Shown: in pieces, positions 1 through 9,600 of the stretch
Position numbering within the stretch: position 1 is the stretch's first letter
How the letters are laid out: each line of letters begins with the position of its first letter
DNA from: Candidatus Heimdallarchaeum endolithica
GTDB lineage: Archaea; Asgardarchaeota; Heimdallarchaeia; Heimdallarchaeales; Heimdallarchaeaceae
Length of the DNA: 64,000 bases
Direction: 5' to 3'
Assembly: GCA_021513715.1 (NCBI GenBank)
Contig: CP084167.1
Span: 1 to 64,000 of the forward strand
Made by a program: the position numbers and the translations under genes
Notes under the pieces: model-generated
What the model saw: the letters and a program-made list of their open reading frames with translations, nothing else
Database searches by the model: none
What the model was told of the DNA's origin: nothing

Positions 1-63
1 TAAACCGTATGTTTGGGCGTACAAATGTACGCCCATCCCCATAAGAATTTTTCGATTATATTT
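1..63 (+). repeat. attL-like direct repeat (may extend upstream of the window)
   Basis: TAAACCGTATGTTTGGGCGTACAAATGTACGCCCATCCCCATAAGAATTTTTCGATTATATTT matches 30330-30392 except C32 vs A30361; contains palindrome TGGGCGTACA-AA-TGTACGCCCA (14-35). Confidence 0.9.
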
Positions 64-75
64 TTTTAACATAAA

Positions 76-91
76 ATCCGACAAGTCGGAT
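76..91. promoter_or_regulatory. Palindromic operator/origin-like site ATCCGAC-AA-GTCGGAT
   Basis: Perfect 7-bp inverted repeat upstream of the first ORF; the half-site ATCCGAC also occurs at 30314-30320. Confidence 0.5.
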
Positions 92-119
92 CTAAAAAAA
101 TACAGGGAGGGATGAATAA

Positions 120-1697
120 GTGTCCATTGATTCTTCACCTAGACCATTCTACAACACTTCTGAGTCAGATAAGAATATTTTAAAAGAAAATCTGACAACT
201 TTCCTGACATATCAGCTTCCTAAGAAAAGACGTTCTGTGATTGAGAAGTGTGTAGATGTTATTCTCGCTTTATATAGTCGGCAAAACTTTGAGTGGCATG
301 CAGCTGGTATAGCTTCATATTATGGTAAGGATCGCAGGCACTATATTGACCACATAAATTTACTTGTTTCACTAGGTGTTGTTAGTAAAAAACAGAGAAT
401 TGACGGTTTTGTGCCTATTATTTTAAATCACAATGTCGTGAAACAGCTTAAAAAAATCGAACGGGGTATGGGTTCATATTCTAATACTAAACTTTCCCGC
501 CGTAAAATCAATAATAAGTTGTCGGGAAAAGCTTCCAATGTTCGTTCTCATCGTATTATGGCAACTTATTCCCATAGCCTTTCTTCCAAGCAATTTTCTT
601 ATTTAGCGAAAAGATATGGTATTGTCAATGGTCGAGTAAAATCCGACATTGTTTTTGAAGATAAACATTTTGTTCTTCTCTGGTTCAAGGATAAAGTTCA
701 GATACATACTCCTGTATATTATTCTGATTTAGAAGATTTCAGTGTAATAGATGACAGAATTTCTTCCGATCTTGGAAGATTAACTGTATATTTAGAACGA
801 AAGTATCTTATGCCTGGTAGGATGGAATTGAAAGATGCTGTAAAATATGAATATGTTAATGGTAAAATCCCACAAAAAACAATACATGGGGTTAGAAAAG
901 AAGTTGAAGTTCAACACCCTTTTCTTGAATATGTTGCAGACTTAATACAATCACAGAATAGTGGACCAGTAATTTACCCTGATTGGAAAAGTATGCCTAA
1001 ATATCCAGGAATAGAATTTAATGGTGGATACACATATGATGGTTGTGAAAGAGAAGGATATGGTGATCAGCTGTTTGATGAATTGCTACATTTTCCAGAA
1101 ACATTTGAAAGATACTGGAATGAGAATAGAGCAAGTCTTTATGCTACAAATATTCATGTTGATCAAGTAGCAAATAAACTATTAATTAAACTTGAAAATA
1201 TAGAATCAAAAGTAGATAACTACACTGATGTACTTGACGACATACAATACGAATTAGCCGATTTAAAACAACAAAATGATTTTTCTCATGAATACTTACG
1301 TTATCAAAACAGCAGTATAGAAAACAAACTAGATAAAAGCTTAGAAGCAAGTACTGAAATCATAAGAGGTATTAACAGGATAGATAAGAACAACGAACTT
1401 TACACTGAACAAAACAGAGCTGAAATTCAGCTTTTGCATTTTGCAATAGAAGTACAGAAACAGAAATTTTACGAATCACCATTTGAGAAAAAATGTAATG
1501 ATATTTTATCGCTGCTGGAAGATGGGCCAGTTAGCTACAAAGAGATAGCAGAATATCTAAAGCTAACTCAAGCAGCTGTTAGTAGATATCTCAATTATCT
1601 CGAAATTAATAGAAAAATTGAAAGCTACAGAAAGAAAATAGGGAGGGGAAGACCAAAAAGAATTTTCAAAATAAAAAAAGGAGATGATAAAAATTAA
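120..1697 (+). CDS. Protein with N- and C-terminal winged-HTH domains and a central coiled coil; replication initiator/regulator candidate
   Basis: N-terminal HAAGIASYYGKDRRHYIDHINLLVSLGVV; C-terminal SYKEIAEYLKLTQAAVSRYLNYLE...GRGRPKRIF; GTG start with GGAGG upstream. Confidence 0.6.
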   Translation: MSIDSSPRPFYNTSESDKNILKENLTTFLTYQLPKKRRSVIEKCVDVILALYSRQNFEWHAAGIASYYGKDRRHYIDHINLLVSLGVVSKKQRIDGFVPIILNHNVVKQLKKIERGMGSYSNTKLSRRKINNKLSGKASNVRSHRIMATYSHSLSSKQFSYLAKRYGIVNGRVKSDIVFEDKHFVLLWFKDKVQIHTPVYYSDLEDFSVIDDRISSDLGRLTVYLERKYLMPGRMELKDAVKYEYVNGKIPQKTIHGVRKEVEVQHPFLEYVADLIQSQNSGPVIYPDWKSMPKYPGIEFNGGYTYDGCEREGYGDQLFDELLHFPETFERYWNENRASLYATNIHVDQVANKLLIKLENIESKVDNYTDVLDDIQYELADLKQQNDFSHEYLRYQNSSIENKLDKSLEASTEIIRGINRIDKNNELYTEQNRAEIQLLHFAIEVQKQKFYESPFEKKCNDILSLLEDGPVSYKEIAEYLKLTQAAVSRYLNYLEINRKIESYRKKIGRGRPKRIFKIKKGDDKN

Positions 1698-2127
1698 TTT
1701 AGAAGACAGAGTAGCAATTTTAGAAAAGAAATTTGATATTTTATTACGCTATTTAGAACAAATACGACAAGTAACTGATATTTCTATAATATCAGAAGAT
1801 CAGCTACTGTCGCTTATTGAAACTGCAGCTAAACAAGCTTTAACTGAAAAAACAAAAATGAAACAGATAGAAGAAAAAACTAAATCTTCCTCCTCACCTG
1901 CACTTGGAGACAAGATATCTATAAGTGCTTTACAAGAAAAAACTGAATATACTTTTGTTATATCTGAATGGATTACTCGTAAAAAGAATTTACCTGGTAA
2001 TACATTCGCAGCAAAAGTTTCTCAAATTACTGATAAAGCTCTCAAAGTTACTATTAATTCTCAAATAGTTTGGCTTCCTAAATCACAAATAAAGGAAGTA
2101 TATATCTATGAAGGAGGGGAAAAATGA
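1684..2127 (+). CDS. Hypothetical virus-type protein (TDKALKV...VWLPKSQI motif)
   Basis: Overlaps neighbouring ORFs; C-terminal WLPKSQ motif is of a type seen in small phage proteins. Confidence 0.6.
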   Translation: MIKINLEDRVAILEKKFDILLRYLEQIRQVTDISIISEDQLLSLIETAAKQALTEKTKMKQIEEKTKSSSSPALGDKISISALQEKTEYTFVISEWITRKKNLPGNTFAAKVSQITDKALKVTINSQIVWLPKSQIKEVYIYEGGEK

Positions 2128-2309
2128 TGGGAGAGACAGCTTTTCCTTTACCTGATAACTGTGAAGAGCGCTGTTTAAAATGTGATAAACAAGCAATTTA
2201 TCATGTAGTGAAATATGGCAGGACATATAGTCACGACTATTTTTATTGCGAAAAACATCTTCCAAAACGTTTCCAGAAGAGTTTAGAAGGGGGTGAGAAT
2301 AATAGCTAG
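2124..2309 (+). CDS. Small zinc-finger protein
   Basis: CLKC...CEKH; ATGA overlap with the upstream stop; GGAGG SD. Confidence 0.6.
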   Translation: MMGETAFPLPDNCEERCLKCDKQAIYHVVKYGRTYSHDYFYCEKHLPKRFQKSLEGGENNS

Positions 2310-2478
2310 TATAAGTAAAACAAAAAACGTAGATGAATTACAAAACTGTTTTAGTAATCTATCTAGAATTGAAAAGATTAAAGTCAAAAATTGTTTCAGA
2401 AATAGATATTTTGAATATAGATATTGTCCAATCTGCCCCTATTTCGAAATATGCCAAAAATTGGAACAGAAGCAATAA
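2293..2478 (+). CDS. Small Cys-rich protein
   Basis: C...CPICPYFEIC; GTG start after GGGG. Confidence 0.45.
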   Translation: MRIIASISKTKNVDELQNCFSNLSRIEKIKVKNCFRNRYFEYRYCPICPYFEICQKLEQKQ

Positions 2479-2512
2479 TGTTATAAACTTCATCTTATTT
2501 TTTTATGTGAAA

Positions 2513-3229
2513 ATGGATAATGAAAAAACACAAGATAAACCTCAGTTAGATCTGAAGACAAGTATTTTTGATATGCCTGTGGGTAAAAATTTTCTTACTT
2601 TAATCTCTGTCTATTCTTTTTTATTAGCGGTTTTTGCTCTAACCTACGATAAAAATTGGTTCTTGTTTCTCACTCTAACAAGTTATGTGATATTATTATA
2701 TGCTGGAATAGCGTTGGTTATTATTGGTATAAGCCTTTTATCCTATTATAGTAACTTAATTAAAGCGAAACAGTTTGAATTTGTTACTATTAATACTATA
2801 ATTCAATTAGTGAGTTTTTTTGCTTTTTCATATTTTCTGAATAGTATACTAGCAAAACGTTCATGGACTGGCATAATCTCTGTTTTAATTATTGAAGCAC
2901 CTCTTATTACAGTAATTATTTATCTCCATACTTTTAACACAGCCTTTTATTTGCATGAAAATTTTGGAAGAATTGATTTCACTAGCAGCTTAAATCATAA
3001 ATTCTTGGTGTCCCATAGTAGTAAATTTTGGCCTTGGATTTTGATCATTAATGATATTGCATTTTCTACAATATATGGTATTTACATGTTAAGCAATAAC
3101 CTTGTAACTATTATTGATAGATTGTTTGTTGGTCAGTTAATTGCTGGTTTATGCTGTGTTTCACTGCTATATTGTATTGATTTACTCAAAGCATCAAAAA
3201 CATCTAAAAAATCAAGGAAGGAATGTTAA
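2513..3229 (+). CDS. Multi-pass membrane protein
   Basis: About 6 hydrophobic segments; start moved from 2333 to ATG 2513 (MDNEK). Confidence 0.7.
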   Translation: MDNEKTQDKPQLDLKTSIFDMPVGKNFLTLISVYSFLLAVFALTYDKNWFLFLTLTSYVILLYAGIALVIIGISLLSYYSNLIKAKQFEFVTINTIIQLVSFFAFSYFLNSILAKRSWTGIISVLIIEAPLITVIIYLHTFNTAFYLHENFGRIDFTSSLNHKFLVSHSSKFWPWILIINDIAFSTIYGIYMLSNNLVTIIDRLFVGQLIAGLCCVSLLYCIDLLKASKTSKKSRKEC

Positions 3230-3342
3230 AGCTTTATATAGCATATCGTATTCTAATATTTTTTGCCTAATAAAAGAGCTCTCCGCCCATAAAAAAATAG
3301 ACCGTAGCTCTTTGCATACTCTATTACGATCATAAAATGAAA

Positions 3343-3436
3343 GAAAGCTGCAATGAAGCAATAACATAGTGCAATAATACCCCACGTGGCGTGTCACATA
3401 CGTAAGTTGTGAGTCTATGTGAGCTGAGCAGCTTTC
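3343..3436 (+). ncRNA. Putative kink-turn-closed structured RNA or leader of the virion operon
   Basis: GAAAGCTGC/GCAGCTTTC stem, AAT bulge, tandem GA/GA, AGC/GCT; internal stems ACATAG/CTATGT, CACG/CGTG and TCACA/TGTGA; GC-rich island in an intergenic gap. Confidence 0.6.
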
Positions 3437-3516
3437 GAGTGTACATGTTACTTACTAATTCCTGTTTCTAATTTTCAACATACTAGAGGGACTGGGAGCT
3501 CAGGAGCAAAAAGAAA

Positions 3517-5013
3517 ATGAAAACAGAAAAAATGAAAATAAAAAACACATTTGTTGTTCTTGTAGTATTGACACTTTTTGTAACTACAAGTTTTGCTTTT
3601 ATGAATGTTAAAGCTGAGTCATCTGATGATGAGTTAGCTTTTCCTGAAATAACAGTAACTACTACTGCTACAGTCGATGTTAGAACAGATGTTGCTTTAT
3701 CTCTCCAAGCTTTGCAATCGATACCTGTTGTTCCTGAAGGACAGATAGGTATTCATGCTATTAAACCAACAAAAACTGGTTTATCAATAACTTTGACTGG
3801 CCGAATTGGTATGACTTCTGATAGTGAATGTCTTTCTGACGTTGCAATTGGACCTGAGATTGATCATGAGGAGAAAAAAGATAGTTGGCAGTTAGCGCTT
3901 TTTCTTGACAAAGGAACTAATCTTTATGAAAACACTACTGATGTTAGCGACACTTTTGCTATTTCTAATGATTTTAACAGTTTAACATATCAGTATTTAG
4001 CTATTAGTCGTGCTCGTAGTAGAGCTACTTCTAATAGTAGTATTGTTGTTACTTACGCTGATTCTCTTAGTGCTAACATAAGTGACAGTGACGATGTCAC
4101 CAACGTTACTATTTACAACGACTTTTTACCAACTCGTCAATTGCTCTGGTTCAGACTTGACCTAGAAATCAGTAATTCTAGTCGTCCATATATTTTGAAC
4201 ATTGCTGGCGATGAATTTGATGCTGATGCTGTATATGTTTTTAGTATGCCTTCAGAGCAAGATTTTCGTGACACACGTTATTTAGAAGTTAAGTTAGGTA
4301 CTGATTCCTGGGTTAACATCTCTGAATTAAATGCTGCAGAAGACTGGAAAGAAATAGCGACCCATCAAACTGATTATACTGAAAAATGGACTGATAATAC
4401 TGTTAAAGGGGCTGGTTTTGAGACTGTCGATAGTTTTGAAGATAGTCTAAAAGAAGCATGGGTTGCTATAATAAATAACGAAATAGGTGCTCTTGATGGC
4501 AGTAGTTATTCTTCTATCAGTACAGGTCAAATAGTTGATTATCGTATAAGTTCTGCAAGTTTAGATACAATGCTCAACGCACAATTATCTTCTGCAATAT
4601 ATTCTTCAGTCAAAAACGCTGCTGCACAAAGTAGTGATTTAAACACTTATACTCGAGCTGCTAGAGCTAGCACTATACGAAGATTTACAATAACGACTAA
4701 ACTTAGCCCTAAGACAATTGAAGAAAATAACAGAGCTGAAGATGTAACAGAACAAGATAATCTTATTTTAGCTTCAGCAATGAAGGCGAAAGGAAAGGCA
4801 ACTAGTTTCTCAACTAACATTCTTGATAAAATAGTAAGTGCAACAGGTAAAATTTCTAAGCCCTTAGCAGTTTGGTTAGCAAAAGAACGAACAGCATGGA
4901 ACAACCTTGGTGTTAGTGACAACTGGTTACTTATCGGAGCTGTCGCAGGTGTAACAGCTGTAGTAGGATTAACTGTTTTCTTTATTTCCCGAATAGCTCA
5001 TAAGAGGAGATAA
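3517..5013 (+). CDS. Signal-peptide, C-terminally anchored surface protein, paralog A (putative virion envelope protein)
   Basis: N-terminal signal (..MNVKA-E); C-terminal TM WLLIGAVAGVTAVVGLTVFFI plus basic tail; motifs shared with the next gene. Confidence 0.75.
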   Translation: MKTEKMKIKNTFVVLVVLTLFVTTSFAFMNVKAESSDDELAFPEITVTTTATVDVRTDVALSLQALQSIPVVPEGQIGIHAIKPTKTGLSITLTGRIGMTSDSECLSDVAIGPEIDHEEKKDSWQLALFLDKGTNLYENTTDVSDTFAISNDFNSLTYQYLAISRARSRATSNSSIVVTYADSLSANISDSDDVTNVTIYNDFLPTRQLLWFRLDLEISNSSRPYILNIAGDEFDADAVYVFSMPSEQDFRDTRYLEVKLGTDSWVNISELNAAEDWKEIATHQTDYTEKWTDNTVKGAGFETVDSFEDSLKEAWVAIINNEIGALDGSSYSSISTGQIVDYRISSASLDTMLNAQLSSAIYSSVKNAAAQSSDLNTYTRAARASTIRRFTITTKLSPKTIEENNRAEDVTEQDNLILASAMKAKGKATSFSTNILDKIVSATGKISKPLAVWLAKERTAWNNLGVSDNWLLIGAVAGVTAVVGLTVFFISRIAHKRR

Positions 5014-5015
5014 AA

Positions 5016-6590
5016 ATGAATAAAAGTCACTTTTTTACTTTTTTATTTATTTTTTCAATTATTGGTGGTGCTTTTGTTCATATTGACACATATGCTTCAT
5101 CTGAAGATGAATTATTAGCTAAGTTAACGCCTGAAGATATAATACCTGAAGCTTTGGGTATTTTCTCTGCTGATATAGACGTAGAATATAGCAGAACGGG
5201 ACAAACATTGCGTTCTACGTATCATATTGATACAGTGATTCAAGCTCCTGTAATAAAATCGGATGACACAGGTAAAATAGCTCTCAACCCTCGTGATTCA
5301 ACAGAGGCCGACAAAGAAGATTTTGGTATTCCCCAGCTCGCTGGAGACAAAGCTTATCTCGTTAAAAGCACTACAGACACAGAATATGCAAAACTGAACA
5401 TTTTAGACAACTTTGCTGTCGAAAATTATCAATATTTACTTTTAGAGAACGCTATGAGTATAAGCTCTAATGCAATCACTGTCAAAGTTTCTTTTGCCAA
5501 TTCTCTCACAGCAGATATTAGCAATGCTACACAAACAAATAATGTAACCCTGACTAGTACAATCTATGCTATTAGACAAACTCTTTGGTGGAATCTTGCA
5601 GAAGAAACAACTAGTGCTTATCCTTATGTGATTAACATTGAGATAACTCAAGTAGATTTGTATGGTTACTATATTTTCAGATTTGAGAATAATCGTTATG
5701 TCATTGACACACGTTATGATATACTCTATCTTGATACTGATGACACACCTATTACAACTTTATCAGAGAGTATAAATACTGTAGAGCATAACTATGAGAG
5801 ATATGTTAGACCGCATACTGATGATCTTTCTCTAAAAGCTACTGTTCTAGATAATCTCAATGAAACTAAGATGATGTCCGTACAAACTCCGATAGAATCT
5901 ACAAGCGATATGTATGTTCGTGCAGTCGGTTGGACTAGGGCTGATGATTTAGAAGATGATCTTAAAGAAGCTTGGAGGCAACAGCTGAATCTTCCAGAAG
6001 ATGCTCGCATAGTTGGATACAATCTAACTAAGGGCTACATACAATGGATTCTAAATTGGGGACTAGTGAAACTGCTCAAGCGTGAGCTTCAGGAGCAAAT
6101 GGAATTCTCAAGCGACTATGTCACTCTGGTCAACAACGCTCTCAGAAAAATCCTGCCACTTTGTGCAGTTGCTAACGACGAAGACGCTTTTGATGCTGTA
6201 AAATTATTTGTTTCTGGCTATGAAACTCGAGGTTTCTGGGATACTATCAAAAGCACTGTAAAATCTACAACAAGTGCGGTTGCAACGGTAGCAAAGAAAG
6301 TTGTTGATTTACCAGTGAAAACTATTGATGCGCTTGGAAACGCTGCAGCTAAAGTAGTTACACCAGTTGCACAAACGGTGCAAAGCGTTACTCCGCATGT
6401 CACTAATATGATCAAAGATAATGTAGGACACATAACTAATGGTGTAGTTGGTGTAGCTGGTGCCGCTAAAGATCTGGGTAAAGGAATTATGGATAGTCTA
6501 AAAGTACCACTAATGATCGTAGCTGGTGTGGCAGGAGTTGGCATAGTCATTTTCTTGATTATTCGCTTTGGTCCAATGTTGAAAAAATAA
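5016..6590 (+). CDS. Signal-peptide, C-terminally anchored surface protein, paralog B (putative spike/fusion protein)
   Basis: Signal peptide and C-terminal TM; YQYL, RQTLWW, PYVINI, DTRY and EDDLKEAW are shared with paralog A; long amphipathic pre-TM segment. Confidence 0.75.
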   Translation: MNKSHFFTFLFIFSIIGGAFVHIDTYASSEDELLAKLTPEDIIPEALGIFSADIDVEYSRTGQTLRSTYHIDTVIQAPVIKSDDTGKIALNPRDSTEADKEDFGIPQLAGDKAYLVKSTTDTEYAKLNILDNFAVENYQYLLLENAMSISSNAITVKVSFANSLTADISNATQTNNVTLTSTIYAIRQTLWWNLAEETTSAYPYVINIEITQVDLYGYYIFRFENNRYVIDTRYDILYLDTDDTPITTLSESINTVEHNYERYVRPHTDDLSLKATVLDNLNETKMMSVQTPIESTSDMYVRAVGWTRADDLEDDLKEAWRQQLNLPEDARIVGYNLTKGYIQWILNWGLVKLLKRELQEQMEFSSDYVTLVNNALRKILPLCAVANDEDAFDAVKLFVSGYETRGFWDTIKSTVKSTTSAVATVAKKVVDLPVKTIDALGNAAAKVVTPVAQTVQSVTPHVTNMIKDNVGHITNGVVGVAGAAKDLGKGIMDSLKVPLMIVAGVAGVGIVIFLIIRFGPMLKK

Positions 6591-6618
6591 ACAATATTTT
6601 TTTTCCAGGTGAAAAACG

Positions 6619-9600
6619 ATGAAGCGAAATATAATCTTATATAGTCTAGTAATGATGCTTATCATTTCAAATGTTATAAATATTAGTTTAAAGCAAGATG
6701 ATGGAAACACACAAAAAGAAACAGACAACATAAATTCATTATATCCTGAAAAAGATGATGAGATTGCCGATACTCAAGAAGAGTCTTATTTACAACAGTC
6801 AGATTCAAGTGCTTTACGACAATCTTATGCAACAACAGATAATTCTTACAAAGTTAACATGGCAACTCAGGTTGATACTTCAACTTGGTATCAGGGTGAA
6901 ACAATCAAAACTGAAATGAAATTTAATAAACAAATACCAGACTACTACACATATACATCAGAGTTATATCACTCTGGTTCAACTACTCCATTTGAAGATG
7001 TTGATATTGCAATTATTAGTCCCGGCGCATCGCTAAAAGATGATTCATCAAATACTTATATCACTTTTAGTCCAGATTCTGATATAACTATAGCAAACTA
7101 CATAAGAACAACATTTTATTCAAAGATATATGCTGGCGGATCAGGGGCTCTTTATGCTCAAGGATATGCTCGTTGGTATTACTCTGGTTCAAGTTACTAC
7201 TCAACATCAGTGACAAGTGATTCATATACAATTTCTACAAGTTATTTAGACGGAAGTGGATATTTACACATATATGTAAATATTTACGCAGACGATAGCG
7301 CTGATAAACTTACTTTTATGGTTGGATTTATGAATTATGAAACAGGAAATTATGAAACTGTTTTACAGATTGAAAAAACAGGTTGCGGTTCCTCAAATTT
7401 TCATTTGGCAACAGCTGTTATTGACTACTTATATTTTCAACGTGAAGAAATAATTGATAATGTCAGATCAACTTACAAATATACAACTCAAACAACAAAA
7501 ATACATAAATTAGAAATTTATTCAATTGCAAATGTTGAAAGTATAAGCATTTATTATCCAAAACATATGATTTTTAGTAGTATTAGTCCTACAGCAAGTT
7601 ACTCACTTAGTTCAAATATTCTTACAATTGATAATCCTGTTGAACTAAAATATTCTCTTTTTTTCTCTTCTAATTCATCAAATTTTCTTGCTTTGAAAGA
7701 TGTAAGTTCTGAATTTCAGAACAATATTGGTTTTGAAAAAGGTTTGTTTTATGATTGGAAGAATGCAGAAAATTCGCCATATGTTTTTGAAACAATAGAA
7801 CACTCATCATCTATCGTATCCGAAGGGATTTTTTCTCTCAAGTTAGCATCAACTGATACGGGTAGTGATTTGATATATTTTTATTGTAATAATTTTGAAC
7901 CTGGAGAATATTATATCTCATTTGATTATTATATATCTAATCTTGAATATGGCTATTACAATCCTTCAGAGTTGCGTTTTAGCTATTATAGTTCATCAAG
8001 TTGGCGGAAAACAGTGCTTGGTACATCAGATTATTATATCGCAAATAGGTGGCAGAAAGCTTTCATATATGCGGATATTATACCTGACTCAAGTAACAGA
8101 ATATTCAGAATATATTCTTATGGTGCAAAGGGCGAATTTTACTTCGATAATATTAAAATATGGAAAGTTTCTACAGACATCAAAACAATTTGTTCGAATA
8201 AATATGAAATTAGCTCAACCTTCATAAGTTGGGACGGTTATAAAAATCCGTCACTTTCAAATCATAAAGTTAATTTTGATATATATGATGCCACTACACA
8301 AACATTAGAAGAAAGTTACTCGCTAGCAACTAATGAAAACGGTTTAGCAACTTGGACTTTAAATCAAGAATTAGAAGAAAAAGAGTATGAAATAAGAGCA
8401 TATACCTATTCAAACTGGTTTGGAGACCGTATTGAGGCACAACTTGGGGATCGATGGGATTTTGAAGACTCTGATACATGGGTTGGCAAATCAGCTGATT
8501 TATTTGAACAAAAAGAATATTACGTGCACGCATACGACGATGGTGATGCCGCTTGGCATGGTATGCGTACTCTTGCTGATTTTCAGATATATGATAGCGA
8601 TGTATTTATTTATCGCATCAAGGGAAGTACGTCAGATATATCTTTTAATGCTTTTTGGGTATATGATGGTAGTGTATCTTACTCACGAACAATTACATTT
8701 TCTACACCAGGATCATGGGAAATATATACATGGAATTGGGGTTATGATTTTTCTGTTTCAGAAATACGTTTCGAAAGTAAATCTTCTGGTGTAGCTTTTG
8801 ATATTTACATGGATTATTTGAAAATAGTTGATGAATCATTTTTCAGTCCTTTTTACTTTACTCCTGAAATTTTTACAAGTGATCCTGTTTTATATGAATC
8901 TTCTGATTACTTTGTTCTTTCATCAACAAATGATGATTATAATTATGAAATTTTTTCTGATAATCAATTCATAGGTTACTACAGTGATTTAGAGATTATT
9001 CCGAAGAATCTCACAGCAGGTAATCACAATCTTACAGCTGTTTTATACTCTGATTCTCAAAATCAGGCATATATTCCTTCAACTTATGAATATCTTTATA
9101 CAATCACAGAATCTGAACTTTGCACACTGACTTTTTATGATCAACAAGGCAGATATATAGATGCGAGAACTTTTGTTATATTTGTTAATTCTGAACGTAT
9201 ATATGGAGATTCTTTCATCTGGTCTGATGTGTCGCAAACTATCAATTTAGAAATACAAGATATATTTGGACATGTTATTTACTCAAATTCAACAGAAGAA
9301 TATGAGAGATTCAAAGATTTTGTTCTTGATTATTATTCTGTGAAAATACAAAATCAACAAGAGTTACCTGTTTGGGTTTCTATATCTTCAAACGGACAAA
9401 TATTCTCAAGCTGGATTTTTTCCTGGGAAGTTGAGGAGTTTCGTATCTACTCAGGGAGTTATACATTTACTGTGTATTATTGCTCTGATCCAACAGCAAG
9501 TTTCACACAAGTGACAACGAACGGAACGTATGTAAGTTATGCTTTTGACGTCAATTCTGACACAGCGCTGATTGTGACAGGATATACAATTGCCGATATC

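Noticed and set aside
3364-3420. Purine riboswitch resemblance (ATAAT...TGG...CGTAAG...CTATG)
   Set aside because: Lacks the GUUUCUAC-type J2/3 ligand pocket and proper P2 geometry; kept only as an unclassified structured RNA
7895-8794. Alternative-frame ORFs inside the 1822-aa gene
   Set aside because: I/L/M-rich off-frame translations with no RBS or motifs
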